A stretch of 64,000 bases of DNA from assembly GCF_026210795.1 (NCBI RefSeq), contig NC_089431.1:2418001-2482000 (forward strand), given 5' to 3'. Both the position numbers and the translations under genes were made by a program. The notes under the pieces are model-generated. The model saw only the letters and a list, made by a program, of their open reading frames with translations. It was not told the DNA's origin and made no database searches. The DNA is from Rhizophagus irregularis. Lineage: Eukaryota. Shown one piece after another: positions 39,963 to 53,482 of the stretch (within the stretch, counting starts at the first letter, position 1; each line of letters begins with the position of its first letter).

Positions 39963-40478
39963 CTCTTTCAGACTCACTAATTTTATCAAAATTTTCTTCT
40001 TCTATCATGTTTACAAATAAATGGTAAAAGAAAAGTGTGATAATATTATGATATTGAAGTTTACAATTCTTTTAATCACTAAGAATAGGTAATATGAAGC
40101 TGAAAGATGCAACCCTTTAACGACTTCTTTTGTGAAATTTTTTTCAATAAGATTGTAAAAGCAGTCATGGAGTTTTACCTTTATTATTTAAGTTAAAGGC
40201 GTTACATTGTGTAAATATGGTGTTACATTTGACTCACATTTTTTCATTTTAACAAAATTTAGGCCGGCATTACGAATTTGGCCAAAATTAAGAAAAATTT
40301 GGCCAAAATTATGATTTATTGATTGGCGATTTTAATTGAAAAAACTAATTTTAGCCAACTTTTAACTATATATATATGCTATATAATTGAAGGCAATGCC
40401 ACACTAAAATTTTTAGATTGGCAAACATATTAAAAAAAATTTGCTTTTAATTTTTGGGGACATTTTCAGTGACTGATA

Positions 40479-40808
40479 TCTATATCTATATCTATATCTA
40501 TATCTATATCTATACTATATAATAATTGTTTTTATGTGTAACCATAACATTTAAACTACTCTATATAAATAAATTTGAATTGCGTAATATTGCTCCTATT
40601 GGGCACTTTATCATGTGACATTATACCAACTTCCAAAAAAGGAAATTTTGCTTTCCACAAAAATAGGAGAATTTTGGTTTCACAAATACTCCATAAAAGG
40701 AAATTTCTGCACCGATCACATAATTCTGGCCAGAATTAATTATTACATGCAGGTCACGCTTTTTTTATATGTATGTATACTGTTGCAAAACAACAGATTA
40801 ACGGCTAG
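40479..40808 (+). mobile_element. Short non-autonomous Helitron
   Basis: 5' end is (TCTATA)n then TCTATACTATATAATAA. 3' end has the hairpin ctgttg-caaaa-caacag (40780-40796) followed by CTAG (40805-40808). Inserted between an A and a T. Confidence 0.7.
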
Positions 40809-40899
40809 TATAAATATATTACAAAATTTTATTGATTTACATCCGATTTGTTAAAATATTTTCTTGTTACTAAATTTATTACCATCGTTATTTTTTTTA

Positions 40900-42290
40900 G
40901 ATTTTAGTTTGAAATTCATTACCTGATCTTTTAAAATTAGCCCTTCCATCAGGATACTCATATCTAATCAAAAAGTTTAATCAGCTACCATCATATCAAA
41001 CTTTTGAGAATTTTTTAATCCCGCAATTTGAATTAGAAGCCTTTGTAAATATCACTGACAAAGAAAAGGCTCATGAATGGTTTCAAGCATTCGAATCTCA
41101 TTCTAAAATAACTATGCCACAAACAAAGGGATACAGAGTAAAGGGAAAAAAAGTGCTTTTAAGAGAAAAATGACATTGTATACATGGAAATGATGTTAAA
41201 AAAAATAAGGTAATTGTGAAACTAAACTTACACATTCATCATCTAGAATACGAAATGTCCATTGTAGTGCAAGCATCAAAATTCAGCTAGAAAATTGGCG
41301 TCTTGAATTACATATCCATCCACTGAAATCAACTTTATCATGCATCAATCACAGAGATTCATCTGAATCTTTAAGTTTTCAGCATGTTAAAGAAGAAGTG
41401 CATGAAAGATTTCTAGAGTTGTTTAGAGATGGGTATTCACCAGTCTCAGCGATATATACTTATAAAGATGGACTCCACATTACAGAAAGTGATCAAGAGT
41501 TACTTGAAATACTTGCAGATCGAGCTATAAACCCAGACTATGGTTATGTCATTAGACTTTCTACAAGTACCGTAATAATGCTCTCAAAAGTCATAATGGC
41601 AAGAAAATATTCGAACGTCTAACAGAAGTAATTGACAATTATAACAGTTCAAATAATGACAGAGCAATTATGCAAGAGTATGATGTGCAAGCCGGAAAGG
41701 TATTCATTCTTTACATTATGACCAGTTTAATATGCCGTATTCACGAAAAATTCTGCAAGCTGAGAACTTTGCTATGTAGACTCCTCTGCTTCATTCGACT
41801 CTTTAAACACCTCAATTATACTTTTGTACATGAGCTATGCAGCAGGTGCATTACCGCTTGGAGTATTAATTACATTAGATGAATTAGAGATAACATTGGA
41901 AAAGGGAGTAGATAATTTTCCTATAATTCTTTTACCGACAATTATAATTTTTTTATAATAATAATATTCTTAACGATTAGTTTAACTTACTAAAGAATAT
42001 TCTTTCCCACATACATTCTATGGACGAGGACCTCAAGTCAGACCTATGGTATTCTTTACAGATGACTCAAGTGCAGAATGAAACGCTTTAGAGCTCTGTT
42101 AGCCGCAGGGAATACGTTTTTTGTGCACGTTTCACATATTCCAGGCATTTTGGAGATGGTTGTATAATTCAAAACATCGTATAAATAAAGATGATCAAAC
42201 GCCTATTATAAAAATGATGAAAAAAATTATTTACGCATTAACAGAACTGGAGATGGATAACCATTATCAAGAGCTTAACCATAATTTTTT
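40900..42290 (+). pseudogene. Decayed Mutator-like (MULE) transposase, family A
   Basis: Fragments: LELFRDGYSP, LADRAINPDY, MQEYD, CYVDSSASFD...AGALPLG, FYGRGPQ...FFTDDSSAE*NAL, LCTFHIFQAFWRWL (MULE DDE plus CxxH). Many stops and frameshifts. Confidence 0.8.
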
Positions 42291-42409
42291 TGATCATATA
42301 AGGATATTTCAAAATTTTTTGTGCGCATGCTGCACATCCTTTCTAAAAAAGGTGTGCGCAAAATTCTGATCATGTGCGCTGCGCACATGCCGCACAGTGA
42401 AAAATAAAT

Positions 42410-43555
42410 ACCGAGTGAGATTATTCAAGAAAAATTTAAGACAAGAATATACTGACTGGATCTTTATAATGCCATCAGTAAATTTCGATGCAAATCAACA
42501 CCAGGTAAAGAAGATATGGGAATGTTATTAAAAAGGCTTTATGATGAAAAAACTGAGGATCCATGATGGATAATTTCAATGAAATTTGATCCAATTACTT
42601 CTTCATTAACCCATCTTTTTTGGATGAATCCTGAGCAACAGATTTTGTGATTGCAATATCATGACGTGATAATGCATGATAACACTTACAAAACTAACTG
42701 ATATAATCGCCCATTGTCTCTTTTTATTACTCCAAACAATAATTTAAAGACACAAATTGTAGCACAAGCAATTGTTGATGATGAAACACAACTTTCCTAC
42801 GAATGGGTTTTTCAATGTGTAAAAGAAGTAACTGGTATGTTACCAAAGGTTTTTGTAACTGATGGTGATCCTGCAATTAATGCTGTGGTAACAATACAAT
42901 TTCTGAACACTTTTCACATGCATTGCATTTGGCATATAAGCCAAAACTTACCGAAGCAATTAAAAGGAAAGCTAAGTTCTAATTTTGATGATTTTATGAA
43001 GGATTTCTATAAAGCAAGAAATAGTTTAAGGGAAGAACAATTTAACGAAAAGTATTTGAATTATAGTATATAAATTTTATACAATTTGAAGTAATGGAAT
43101 TATTATTTCTACTGACTTCAAAATTCTGATATTCAATTATATAATATTTTGTAAAATTCTATAAAAATTTTCTCTTGTATTTAAAGATTAATTATTATCT
43201 ATTATTCTATTAATTAATTTTACTTATTTGTGTATTTTATTTCACTTATTATTTTACGATTATTGTTTAATTATTTGTATTTAGTATTTACATTACACTA
43301 TAAATATATTTACAAGATTTCATCTATTGTTTATTCATTGTATTTACTTTTATTATATTTATTAACAATACATAGATGGAATGCATTATTGCAGAATTAT
43401 CTACAATCTAAGGACTATTTAACGAAAGTTTTAGGATGTAATCCACAATCTTGGGCGCGCACGTTTACAAATAGATATTTTACTGCTAGTATACAAACAA
43501 CTTCTCGTAATGAGGGCGAAAATTCTACATTAAAATGGCTTTTTGGAGATTCAAA
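42410..43555 (+). pseudogene. Decayed FAR1/MULE transposase, family B
   Basis: LFWMNPEQQ...HDNTYKTN*YNRPLSLF...AQAIVDDETQLSYEWVF...VFVTDGDPA...HMHCIWHISQNL...WARTF...TTSRNEGENS. Confidence 0.85.
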
Positions 43556-43891
43556 TACATGTCCTTTTTATAATGCGCAATTATTAATTGATTTTATTGG
43601 ATATGTGACATTATTCAATACATTTAAAGCAAGTACTTATAAAGCAAATATTACATTTAAGGCAATTGATTGCTTTGAGCAAGTAAATACTGACTATTTG
43701 TAAAGAAAATATTAAGGAATTCTGTGTATAAGCAACTGCTCTGGATCAGAATTTGATTATAATTTTCTAAATAAAATAAAATGTTCTAATATCACCAACT
43801 TTTATATTACGCAGTTTTGTTGTTCTCTTCTTATATTCTTTAATTACCTCCTTAACACCTTTCCTTCAATTGACCTGTATAATGCAAAAAA

Positions 43892-44495
43892 TTAAGCATG
43901 TCCTCCAGATATTTCATTTGAACCGGAAATATTTTGGGATCGAGTATCTTGACTACTATATTTACTGTTAACAATCCTGTTACAGGCTTGGATTCCTTTG
44001 GCGGGAGCAGGAACATGCCTTGCCTGCCTGGTATTTAGATTGTCCTTCCAGGAATTCTTGTTAGTAATTCCTCCATTAAAACATTTACTTCCTTCGTTAA
44101 TGTATGTTCGTCTTCCGGCTCCTTAAAAAATTGCTAAATCGCTTAATTTTTGCTTTGTTGGTTAAAATAAAATCAGTAAACTTACTTTTTGATTTTGAGT
44201 GAGCAACTCTTCCAGCTCTCTCAGCATTAACTGACTCGTCTCCGGTTTCTAAAAAAAATGTTTAAACTTGGTTTGTTAATCAAAATTATTAGAACATAAA
44301 ATCGGTAGACTTACTTTCTGTAATTCCATGATACTCTTTAAACGCTAAAACCTCATCATGTTCCTCAAAGGGTTCTCCGTCTGCGATCCATTGTTTTATT
44401 GCAGCTATATTGAAAGAAGCTATCATTTCCTCTTTTGCTTTTCTAAGTAACCTTGACTCTGTTGACTCTGTTGATTTAGTTGATTTAGTTTCCAT
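43892..44495 (-). CDS. Putative 3-exon orphan gene (possibly TE-associated)
   Basis: ATG at 44495. Two GTAAG..AG introns (about 44249-44313 and 44122-44185) join into an open frame ending TAA at 43892. No recognisable domain. Confidence 0.35.
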
Positions 44496-44899
44496 GATGA
44501 AAAATTTTTTCGTTGTAGGAATGAGGATAAAATATAGAAGGAAATGATTAAATATGTAATCACGTAGACACATTATATAGTGATGAAAGAGTAAATCACG
44601 TGTAAGATCTCGTATCGATTACATAATCAAGACCATTCAGAGACATCACGTGGCCACAGATTTTGCTTCCACAAGATAATAGTGATGAAATAATCTTCCC
44701 CAGTATCGCCAGAAAATTTTTTCACCCCACGTGACTTATGTGACGTGATCAGTTTTACTATTTTATTATTTGTTTACTCATAATATCCTCCACACTCACT
44801 CTTTCCACTACCTTTCCACCACTCTTTTTTCACTATTAAAACTTTGTAAAACTTTGACTATTCGCAGTTTTTAAACATTTTAACTAACAATATTAACTT

Positions 44900-45700
44900 T
44901 AATATGCTTTTTTATAACTTTTTTAATAAAAGTCTCAGAATACATATTTGTTTTTTATTTATTAACTTCAAAGTGTATTTTAAACATTTTAGTCAAAGAT
45001 AATTGATATTCATTATTAATTAAAAGTTATTTATGGGTCTAAAACTATTTGAATATTAATTTTCATGAAGGTACAGCCAGTCCGTCTGGAGTTATTCACA
45101 TTTTTTATAATGATACTAACTTGCAAATTTTATTTTTTCTGTTGCATAAATTTAGAGTGTATTTTAAGCACTTTGATCAAAGAAAATCGACCTTCATTAT
45201 TAATTGAAAGTTGTTCAGCGGGTCTGAAACTACTTGTATATCAATTTTCATAAAGGTACAATCAGTCTGCCTGGAGTTATTTACATTTTTCATAACAATA
45301 CTAACACGCGGATTTTTATTTTCTAACTTTAGAGCATAATTTGAACACTTTAGTCAAAGGAAATTGACATTTATTATTAATTGAAAGTTGTTCAAAGGAT
45401 CAAAAACTACTTGCATATCAATTTTCACAAAGGTATAGTCAGCCTATCTGGAGTTATTCGCATTTTTCATAACAACACTAACTAGGAATTTTCTTTTTTT
45501 TTATTTCCTATCTTTAGAGTGAAATTTGAGCACTTTAGACAAAGGAAATCGACCTCTATTATTAATTGAAAGTTGTTCAGAGGGGCTGAAACTACTTGCA
45601 TCTCAATTTTCATAAAGATACAATTAATCTATCTGGAGTTATTCCTGATTTTGTAATATTTCAAACACGCGAAATGTTTTGTTTTTTTCACTTTGGTCAA
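44900..45700. repeat. ~180-bp tandem array, inverted relative of the 37.7-38.6 kb array
   Basis: The unit contains cactttagtcaaaggaaattgac...ttaattgaaagttgttca...actacttg, which is the reverse complement of the 37.7-kb unit core. Confidence 0.8.
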
Positions 45701-45729
45701 TTAACTTTGCTGAAACTTGGAGTTTACAA

Positions 45730-46450
45730 TCGATATTGATTAGATATCGCAATGATATCATTACGATATCATTACGATATTTTGATAAAAAATAGATTCG
45801 ACGTCGTTAAGTTAGTCGTAACTGTATTTAATCGACATTGATTAGATCGATATCTCTGCGATATCGCTGCGATCATTATGCGATGTAAATATTATCACGT
45901 AACCACATCGTAGTGATGTCGTATTAACATTGAATTAATATTACAAAAATATTTGACATTTATTTGATATCGTAACCATGTCGTAGTGATATTGTATTAA
46001 CATTGACAAAATATTTGACATTTTATTTGATATCGTAACCACATCGTAGTGATATCATATTAACATCGAATTAATATTGCAAAAATATTTGACATTTTAT
46101 TTGATATCGTAACCACATCGTAGTGATGTCGTATTAACATTGAATTAATATTACAAAATATTTGACATTTTATTTGATATCGTAACCACATCGTAGCCAT
46201 ATCGTAGTGATATCATATTAACATCGAATTAATATTGCAAAAATATTAAATCTATTTGATATCGTAGCCACATCGTAGTGATGTCGTATTAACATTGAAT
46301 TAATATTACAATTTTATTTGATATCGTAACTACATCATAATAATATCATATTAATATCGAATTAATATTACAAAAAATGTTTTACATTTATTTAATATCG
46401 TAACTACATCGTAATGATATTATATTAACACCGAATTAACATCACAAAAA
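45730..46450. repeat. Left subterminal array, ~60-bp units
   Basis: tttgatatcgtaaccacatcgtagtgatgtcgtattaacattgaattaatatt repeated about 8-9 times. Confidence 0.85.
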
Positions 46451-46994
46451 TATTTTTATTGTAATATATGTTTATTATTTATTATACATTAATAATAATA
46501 ATTTTTTATTAGTGGATTATTATGGGTGAGTGGAGTACGTTTCTTTTCTTCCTTTTTTTTTATTCTTTTCTTCTCTTTTTTATTCTTTTCTTCTCGTATG
46601 TGAGTGGATGGATACGTCATTTTCAATTTTAAAATATATATATATATATATATAAAAATAAAAAAAACAATCATGATTAATAAAATGTACTCTTTGTAAA
46701 ATATATTTAAAATTTAATACATAACCTTGGGATAATAGTTAGAGCAGGTAATTCCGGGATTTTGTAAAGAATAATAAAAATGATAATATTTTTAAGTTAG
46801 TTCTTTCTTTAAATTTTTTTGAAAGTGTTTTGTTTCTTAAAATCATAATATTGTAAAAAAATGCTGGTTGCTACGACTGACGGACAACGACAAATTGTCA
46901 GGCTACCCCCGGACAAAGTAATTGGAAGGCGGAAAATGCCATAAATATCCAGCCCTATTTTACAACATTTTCTTCCAGGCTAAAGCAAATATTA

Positions 46995-47170
46995 CAAAAG
47001 AAATTGCAAATATATTTAACAAGCAATAGATACATGGCCGTTGAAAAATATATTCACACTTCATATTGTAATACCACAGTCTAACAAAGAAATTGCAAAT
47101 ATATTTAACAAGCAATAGATACATGGCCGTTGAAAAATATATTCACATTTATACCACAGTCTAACAAAAA
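46995..47170. repeat. ~90-bp tandem duplication
   Basis: aagaaattgcaaatatatttaacaagcaatagatacatggccgttgaaaaatatattcaca...ataccacagtctaacaaa occurs twice. Confidence 0.85.
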
Positions 47171-47753
47171 ATACTCAAACCACAACATATTGTAAAAAAA
47201 ATATGAAAAATACGCGTATATCCTATTTTCATACCTTGCTTAACAGCTCCACTATTTATTTAAAAAACGACTTTTTTCTCTTTTGTATGTGGGTAGGTGG
47301 GTACATTTTTCCTTTCTTTTATTCTTTTCTTTCGTATGTGAGTGGCGGGTACATTTTCTTTTCTTTATTCTTGCTTTTATTCTTGCTTTTCGTATGTGGG
47401 TGTCTTTACTATGTTGAATATATAAACTAAAGTGTCCCAAAGTATTGTTAATATTGTAAAAAGATAATTAAAGTATACTTTAAAAAGAAAAAAGAAGAGA
47501 CGAACTAAAATACCGTAAAGTATTAATATAAAAGACAAGAGAAAAGCGTATTTTTGAAAATAAACAAAAAAAATCTCATTAATAAACGCGAATTTTAGCT
47601 ATTTTTAGATATCACATACATGCATGTAATTAAAGTGATTTTAATTGGTTAATTTTAATTTATTATTACATCATGCATATGATTTTATTGGTTAAAATTT
47701 TATACGATACAAATTAAAATAATTATTTTATTATATTTATATAATTAATATAA

Positions 47754-50700
47754 TTATATGGCTGTAAAATAAAAATTATTTTTTATCCAAATTCTATTTG
47801 TAGTATCATGATTTGGTAGTTGGCACCTTTCTGAATTACAATTATGAATAAAATGTACTTTTTGAACATTATCTATTACAGTAATTGGAAAAATACGTCT
47901 CCATTTATCTCCTGTTGCTTGGAGACGGTAAAGTGGACATTTTAATACTGAATGTTCAACCATAGTATCTTCAAACCAATCTACAACAATAAATGCATAA
48001 TATTTGTTATTGTTACCCTTATGTTGAAAGATACCTTTGATTATTGCATAAGATTCTTCATGATCTTCTTCATAAATTGTGATAAAATCATCGAGATGTA
48101 GGTGAACTTTTGAAAGGATACCATTTTCTTCTTCAATCATATATGATGCAAATTTGTACCAACTAATTGAAGAGTTTATAAGTGCCGCCTCAAACTTCAT
48201 ATCCACATAAGATAAAAACAATTCAGTTTTAAAATTATGTAAAGTTAAAAAAAGTTTATCACGTTCCTGCTTTGGCATTCTTTTTTTTAATGAAATATTG
48301 GAAATAAAGTTTACTGGAGATATAACTAAATTAAAAGATTAGTAAATATAAATATCAAACATGTACTATTATATGCAATAAAATACTTACTTTTTGTATC
48401 ATCATCATCGTCTTGAACTTGTTCAGTTGCTTCAGTTGAATATTTATCTTCTGTAACATACCAATTTAAAAATAATTGTCCAAAATTTGAATTTGTAAAT
48501 CCAGTACAAGATCTATTAAATCTTGGATCAATACCACCATCTGCTAAATGTCGAATTGCAAATAAAGTATTGTAACGCTTTAATAAATCTAAATCTATGT
48601 TTTTGCAATTAGTTTTTGGTACCATCCCCTTAAAAATACGATGGACCATTTCTTTTATACCAACTTGGGTATTAATAAGTGTTCCAAAGGTTTTAGCATG
48701 CATCAAAAGATGCATATTAACGTGTATGTTTGGTAAATTAACAAAATTTACAAAAACCTATAAAAAGTAAAATATTGTTAATTATTTGAAATTATTCCAC
48801 ATTTCAATATCAAATTTGTAACTATACCTTTGGAAGGATTGAAAACTCTTCTTCAAGACATTGTTGCAATTCCTCATAGCTATCTGATGTAAATTTCTTG
48901 TTAAAAACCGCTTTCATAGTTTTTGCAACATGTATCCAACAAGATATAATAATTTTTGGAACTGAACTAACTCGAAATGCATCAATTCTTTGTTGAATCA
49001 TGGCTGTTTCATTACGTTTCGATACTTGATTCTTTTAAAAACTGGTTTAACAAAAATGGCATAATCATAGCTAATCTAAGTAAATCCGACATCATAAAAC
49101 TATTGTAGTGAGTAATCGGATTTGGTAAGCGAGACCATCTTTTTGGGATTTCAAAATTTTTCCAAATTTCGATAAAATTATCTTCTCCTTCTCGTGAAAA
49201 TAATTCACAAGTTAATTTTAGTAATTACCTAAGCCCAATCTTCTCGGGTACGTATGATAAACATCCTGCGGCGTCTGTAAATGTCTTTCCCTTTTTAATT
49301 TATCTAAAATACTAGGTAATGATCGTAAACCATATTCCGTACAAAGTTGATCTCTTAACGACATTATAGTCTCATGAGAAATTTTTAAGATTTCTTCGTC
49401 TGTAATATGATGATAACGTAATGTTGTTACGATATCCTGATTGTGACATTTCAATGATTCTTTAGTAGTTTTACAAGTACGACAACCCTTATTTGCATTA
49501 TGTCTAAATTTATTTTTTAAAAAATTTTAATAGTTGTCATAAAATTATATTATTATATTATTAACTAAGTTGAAAAAATACCTTAGTACTCCTGTCATAT
49601 CGTTACCTTGAGGTAAATCTGCCGTAACAACGCCTAAACCAGCAATTATCCATGCATCTTGTCCTTGGACAGTCATCACCTTTCCTTTCTCTAATTCCTT
49701 CATTTCTGAAATGAATGGTATCATAAATTCGTCAAATTTTCCTCCAAATGGGATAAACCCAATAACAAAATGGTTCTTTATTAGCTTTCTTTGATGTGCT
49801 GGCATATTTCCAAACTGTACATAAACACCACCTAGAGAATGGTATACATTTCTAAATGTACCAAAATCATCATAATAAAGATCTAAAAACAGCTTATAGA
49901 TTGGCATGGATGATGATGGTGGATTTCTAATAGAAATGTAATCAGATGGATGTAGGTATGAAAGCTTTACATTACGAACGTGCCAACGGTCATTACATTT
50001 ATAAATTATTTCACTAATCCGCAATGAACCATCAGGAATATTTTGATGTTGAAACATCATCAATATAGTTACTTTTTCTAAAATTTGAGAAGTCATTATA
50101 ATTAAAAATGGTTCGTCTTGTAACCATACTTCACCGGTAATAGAACGACGTTGTCTTGGTAACCCTTTTAAATTTCCGGGTAAATCACTATATTCCAAAA
50201 TTTTTTGAATTCGTAACTGATAATATCCATCATGATTTTTTAAAATTGATCTTAATCTTCCAAGTTTTTTTTGACCATTATCATCATGATAGTAAACAAA
50301 ATCACCAGATCGGTACAATACTATTTATTAAAAATAAATAACTTTAATAAATATTATCAATGATAATAAATTATAATTGTATCAAAGTGTATTAATTTAT
50401 AACCTTCTGATATTAATATTTCGTGTTGTCCAAAAAGTGGGGATTCCCCATAAATTTCCATGCCAAAATTCTGATTTTTCTTCAGAATTAATGCCGGGTC
50501 CAAAATACATATGCTTCATTAGCATCGGATTATTAAGAACACGCCATATAATTTCACTAATTGAGAGTTGATACGAAAGTTTTGATCCTCGTGAGGTTGA
50601 TGGAGTTTTTTTTGGTGAAATTTTAATAGACTTTGTTATTATTGGTAGGAGAGGAAGACGTTTTCTCCATGATTGGAATCTTCGGATATTTTTTACCACA

Positions 50701-51374
50701 TGGGTAGGTTCAAATTGAGAATTGTGAATGATATCGACAAGATCTTCATATGCTTTCGTAGAAACATTATGTTTCTGAAGCCAGCAAAATAATGCCGTAG
50801 TTGTATAATTATCAAAGTACGGTGCAAATTGACCATTGCAGAACGGTATCTTGTCTTCATCTAACGCTTCAACGATTTGATGTATTTCTTCCTCTTCGTT
50901 ATTACGTTCCTCTTCATCGTAATTACGTTCCTCTTCATCGTTATTACGTTCCTCTTCCACTTGATTATTATTATCATCATTATTACCTTCATCCTCCTCC
51001 TCTTCGTCATTGTTTTCATTATTATCTTCCTCCTCTTCCTCCTCTTCATAATTGTATTCGTTATCACTTTCTTCTTCCTCTTCAGTATCAGATGAATTGA
51101 CATTATCTTGCGAAAATATCATCTCATCATTGTAGTCTTGAGGATTAATTGATCCATATGCATTATCGTCATCATTAATGTCTTGAAAACTTAAATCATC
51201 TTTATGATCATACTGAAAGTCCATGTCATCGTTATCATTATCAGGTGAACGTACAGGCGAACGAATTGCCACTCTCTCGTCAGAATCTGTTGTCTCATTA
51301 GGTTTGCTGTAAGAAAACCGATTTCGAATTCGAATTGGCTCTATTGGCTTGTTGCGACTATATCGTCTTCTCAT
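47754..51374 (-). pseudogene. CMC/EnSpm-Plavaka-like DDE transposase with acidic N-terminus and BAH-like segments; multi-exon, frameshifted as assembled
   Basis: MYFGPG...EFWHG.LW; YRSGDFVYY...GRLRSI (BAH-like); LDLYYDDFGTFRNVYHSLGGVY; VVTADLPQGNDMTGVL|RHNANKGCRTC; QTPQDVYH; LPNIHVNMHL...VGIKEMVHRIFK; C-terminal AFIVVDWFE...VHFIHNC...KNNFYFTAI. Frameshifts near 50450, 49240 and 49021. Confidence 0.75.
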
Positions 51375-51801
51375 CTTTATAACAATTTAAAATAATTCAA
51401 ATTTAATTAGAATTTTATAAATTCAATTAGAACTAAATTTATTAAATACTATTAGTGTGTCGGCAAAAAAAAAAATGCAATTAAGTAATCAATTCGGTTA
51501 AATTACTGCCGATTTGGCTACACAAAATTTAGGGTCAATTAAACCGGCTGTATATGGTTAATGACAATTGGTATATTATCGAAAATAGTCATTTATTGAA
51601 TGAAAATAAAATAAAATATATAATAATATAAAACATAATAATAAAATAAAATAAAACATATAATAATATAAACATAATAATAATTAAATAAAATAAAACA
51701 TATAATAATAAAATAAAATAAAACATAATATTAAAATAAAATAAAACATAATAATAAAATAAAATAAAATATATTAAAATAATAAAATAAAAAATAAAAA
51801 A

Positions 51802-52348
51802 TCAATGACGTCGGTGAGAGCGCCGGCTCTCGGTGGTAGTAGGGGGATCGGGAGCGAGAGCGCCTGCGCTCTCTATACTCGTATGTCCTACGATCCATCC
51901 TATTTCTTCCGCGGCCCGGACTAACGCTTAAAACAAAGCAAGTATTAATATAAATGCAATGAATTAATGAAAAAATCAGTTAAATAATAAATACTTACGC
52001 TCCACTCTCCAAAACTCGTCAGAGAGTTCCTGGTGGAATCTCTCGTCATGCAAAGTCGGGGTACGAGTGGGATATCCTTCAGGATTTCTGTTTATTAATC
52101 TCTCTAAATTCTCGTACCCCGACTTTAGCGCATTCCATTTCTCTCTACATTGTTTTCTAGTTGGCCTGAATATGTGGTTGTTTCGTATATCACGAGCAAT
52201 TCCACGCCATAATTGGTTTTGGTCATGTAACCTCGTTGTGGTGAATAAGGGCTGATAGGCCCGACGACGCCGAATTAAGGTCCAAAGCAGCGTCATCGGG
52301 CCATTGAATGTATACTGGAAGATTTGCGTTTAAGTTTAATGCTGCCAT
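51802..52348 (-). pseudogene. Myb/SANT-like (trihelix) DNA-binding protein, 2 exons, one frameshift
   Basis: MAALNLNANLPVYIQWPDDAAL/TLIRRRRAYQPLF...QLWRGIARDI...PTRKQCREKWNALKSGY fits the W...LI...W..IA...QC..KW..LK..Y trihelix pattern. There is a +1 shift near 52285. Confidence 0.75.
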
Positions 52349-52399
52349 TATTAAATATTATTAGTTTGATGGGGAAAATGTCAAGAAAAGGCTCTATAT

Positions 52400-52815
52400 T
52401 TATAATAAATTTATTATGATTTCTTTGAGTTTATTTTTACGATCTTGTCTAAATTTTTTAGTTCTAATGCAATCATCCTTAATTAATTTATTTAACATTG
52501 AATACACACATAATTTTTTTTTGATTTCTTTGAGTTTATTTTTACGATCTTGTCTAAATTTTTTAGTTCTAATGCAATCATCCTTAATTAATTTATTTAA
52601 CAATGAATACACACATAATTTTTTTTTGATTTCTTTGAGTTTATTTTTACGATCTTGTCTAGTTCTAATGCAATCATCTTTAATTAATTTATTTAACATT
52701 GAATACACACATATTTTTTTTTGATTTCTTTGAGTTTATTTTTACGATCTTGCCTAAATTTTTTAGTTCTAATGCAATCATCTTTAATTAATTTATTTAA
52801 CATTGAATACACTCA
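52400..52815. repeat. 102-bp tandem repeat, ~4 copies
   Basis: Unit gatttctttgagtttatttttacgatcttgtctaaattttttagttctaatgcaatcatccttaattaatttatttaacattgaatacacac... The 34-aa periodic ORFs on both strands are artefacts of the repeat. Confidence 0.9.
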
Positions 52816-53482
52816 ATTTTTTGATTTATCAATTTATTTTAAAAATATAATTATAGTAATACTGCATTAATTAATATATATAAATAAAAATAAATAAACA
52901 AATTCTATTAATAAAAAATGAGTTAAAATGTTATCTTTATACTTTATAATTATAAAATATAATATTTTAAATCACGCACGTCCTTCCGATTATATTTCAT
53001 ATTACACTGCGATGATATATTACAATTATACTGAATTTTAAGCTAACCTTAATTTACACCGTAACGAACTTAATTCGATCTTAATTTACTCCGTTTTAGG
53101 AATATTATCGAACAATTAAACAAATGATTAGTTGCACATGACTTGTATTATTTGAATAGTTGATACTTTATATACCGATATTTGATTACACCAATATGTA
53201 TTAAAACTCTTTCCTATCAGTAATTTCACAATTTCAATCAATATATCGGTATTTTTCAAATATCGTTGTAAGTCTACTACTGTAGATCCCATCTATTTTT
53301 TATGTAATCAATCCAAGAGGCTTACACTAAATAGATATGGCTTAGTTAGATGGGAGGATCATCACATGGTTCATTGGCTCAGTTATTTTTCCGTCGAGTA
53401 CCAGGATCTTATAAATTTTTTTTTCTTGCATGTCATCGTATCACACATAAAAATGGAAATTCAAAACGTAATATTCCATTAA

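Noticed and set aside
38623..40476. Possible TIR pair tcagtcact...agtgactga
   Set aside because: Only about 9 bp match exactly and there is no TSD. Insufficient support.
51600..51800. (TAAAA)n-like tract
   Set aside because: Simple low-complexity sequence, not telomeric.
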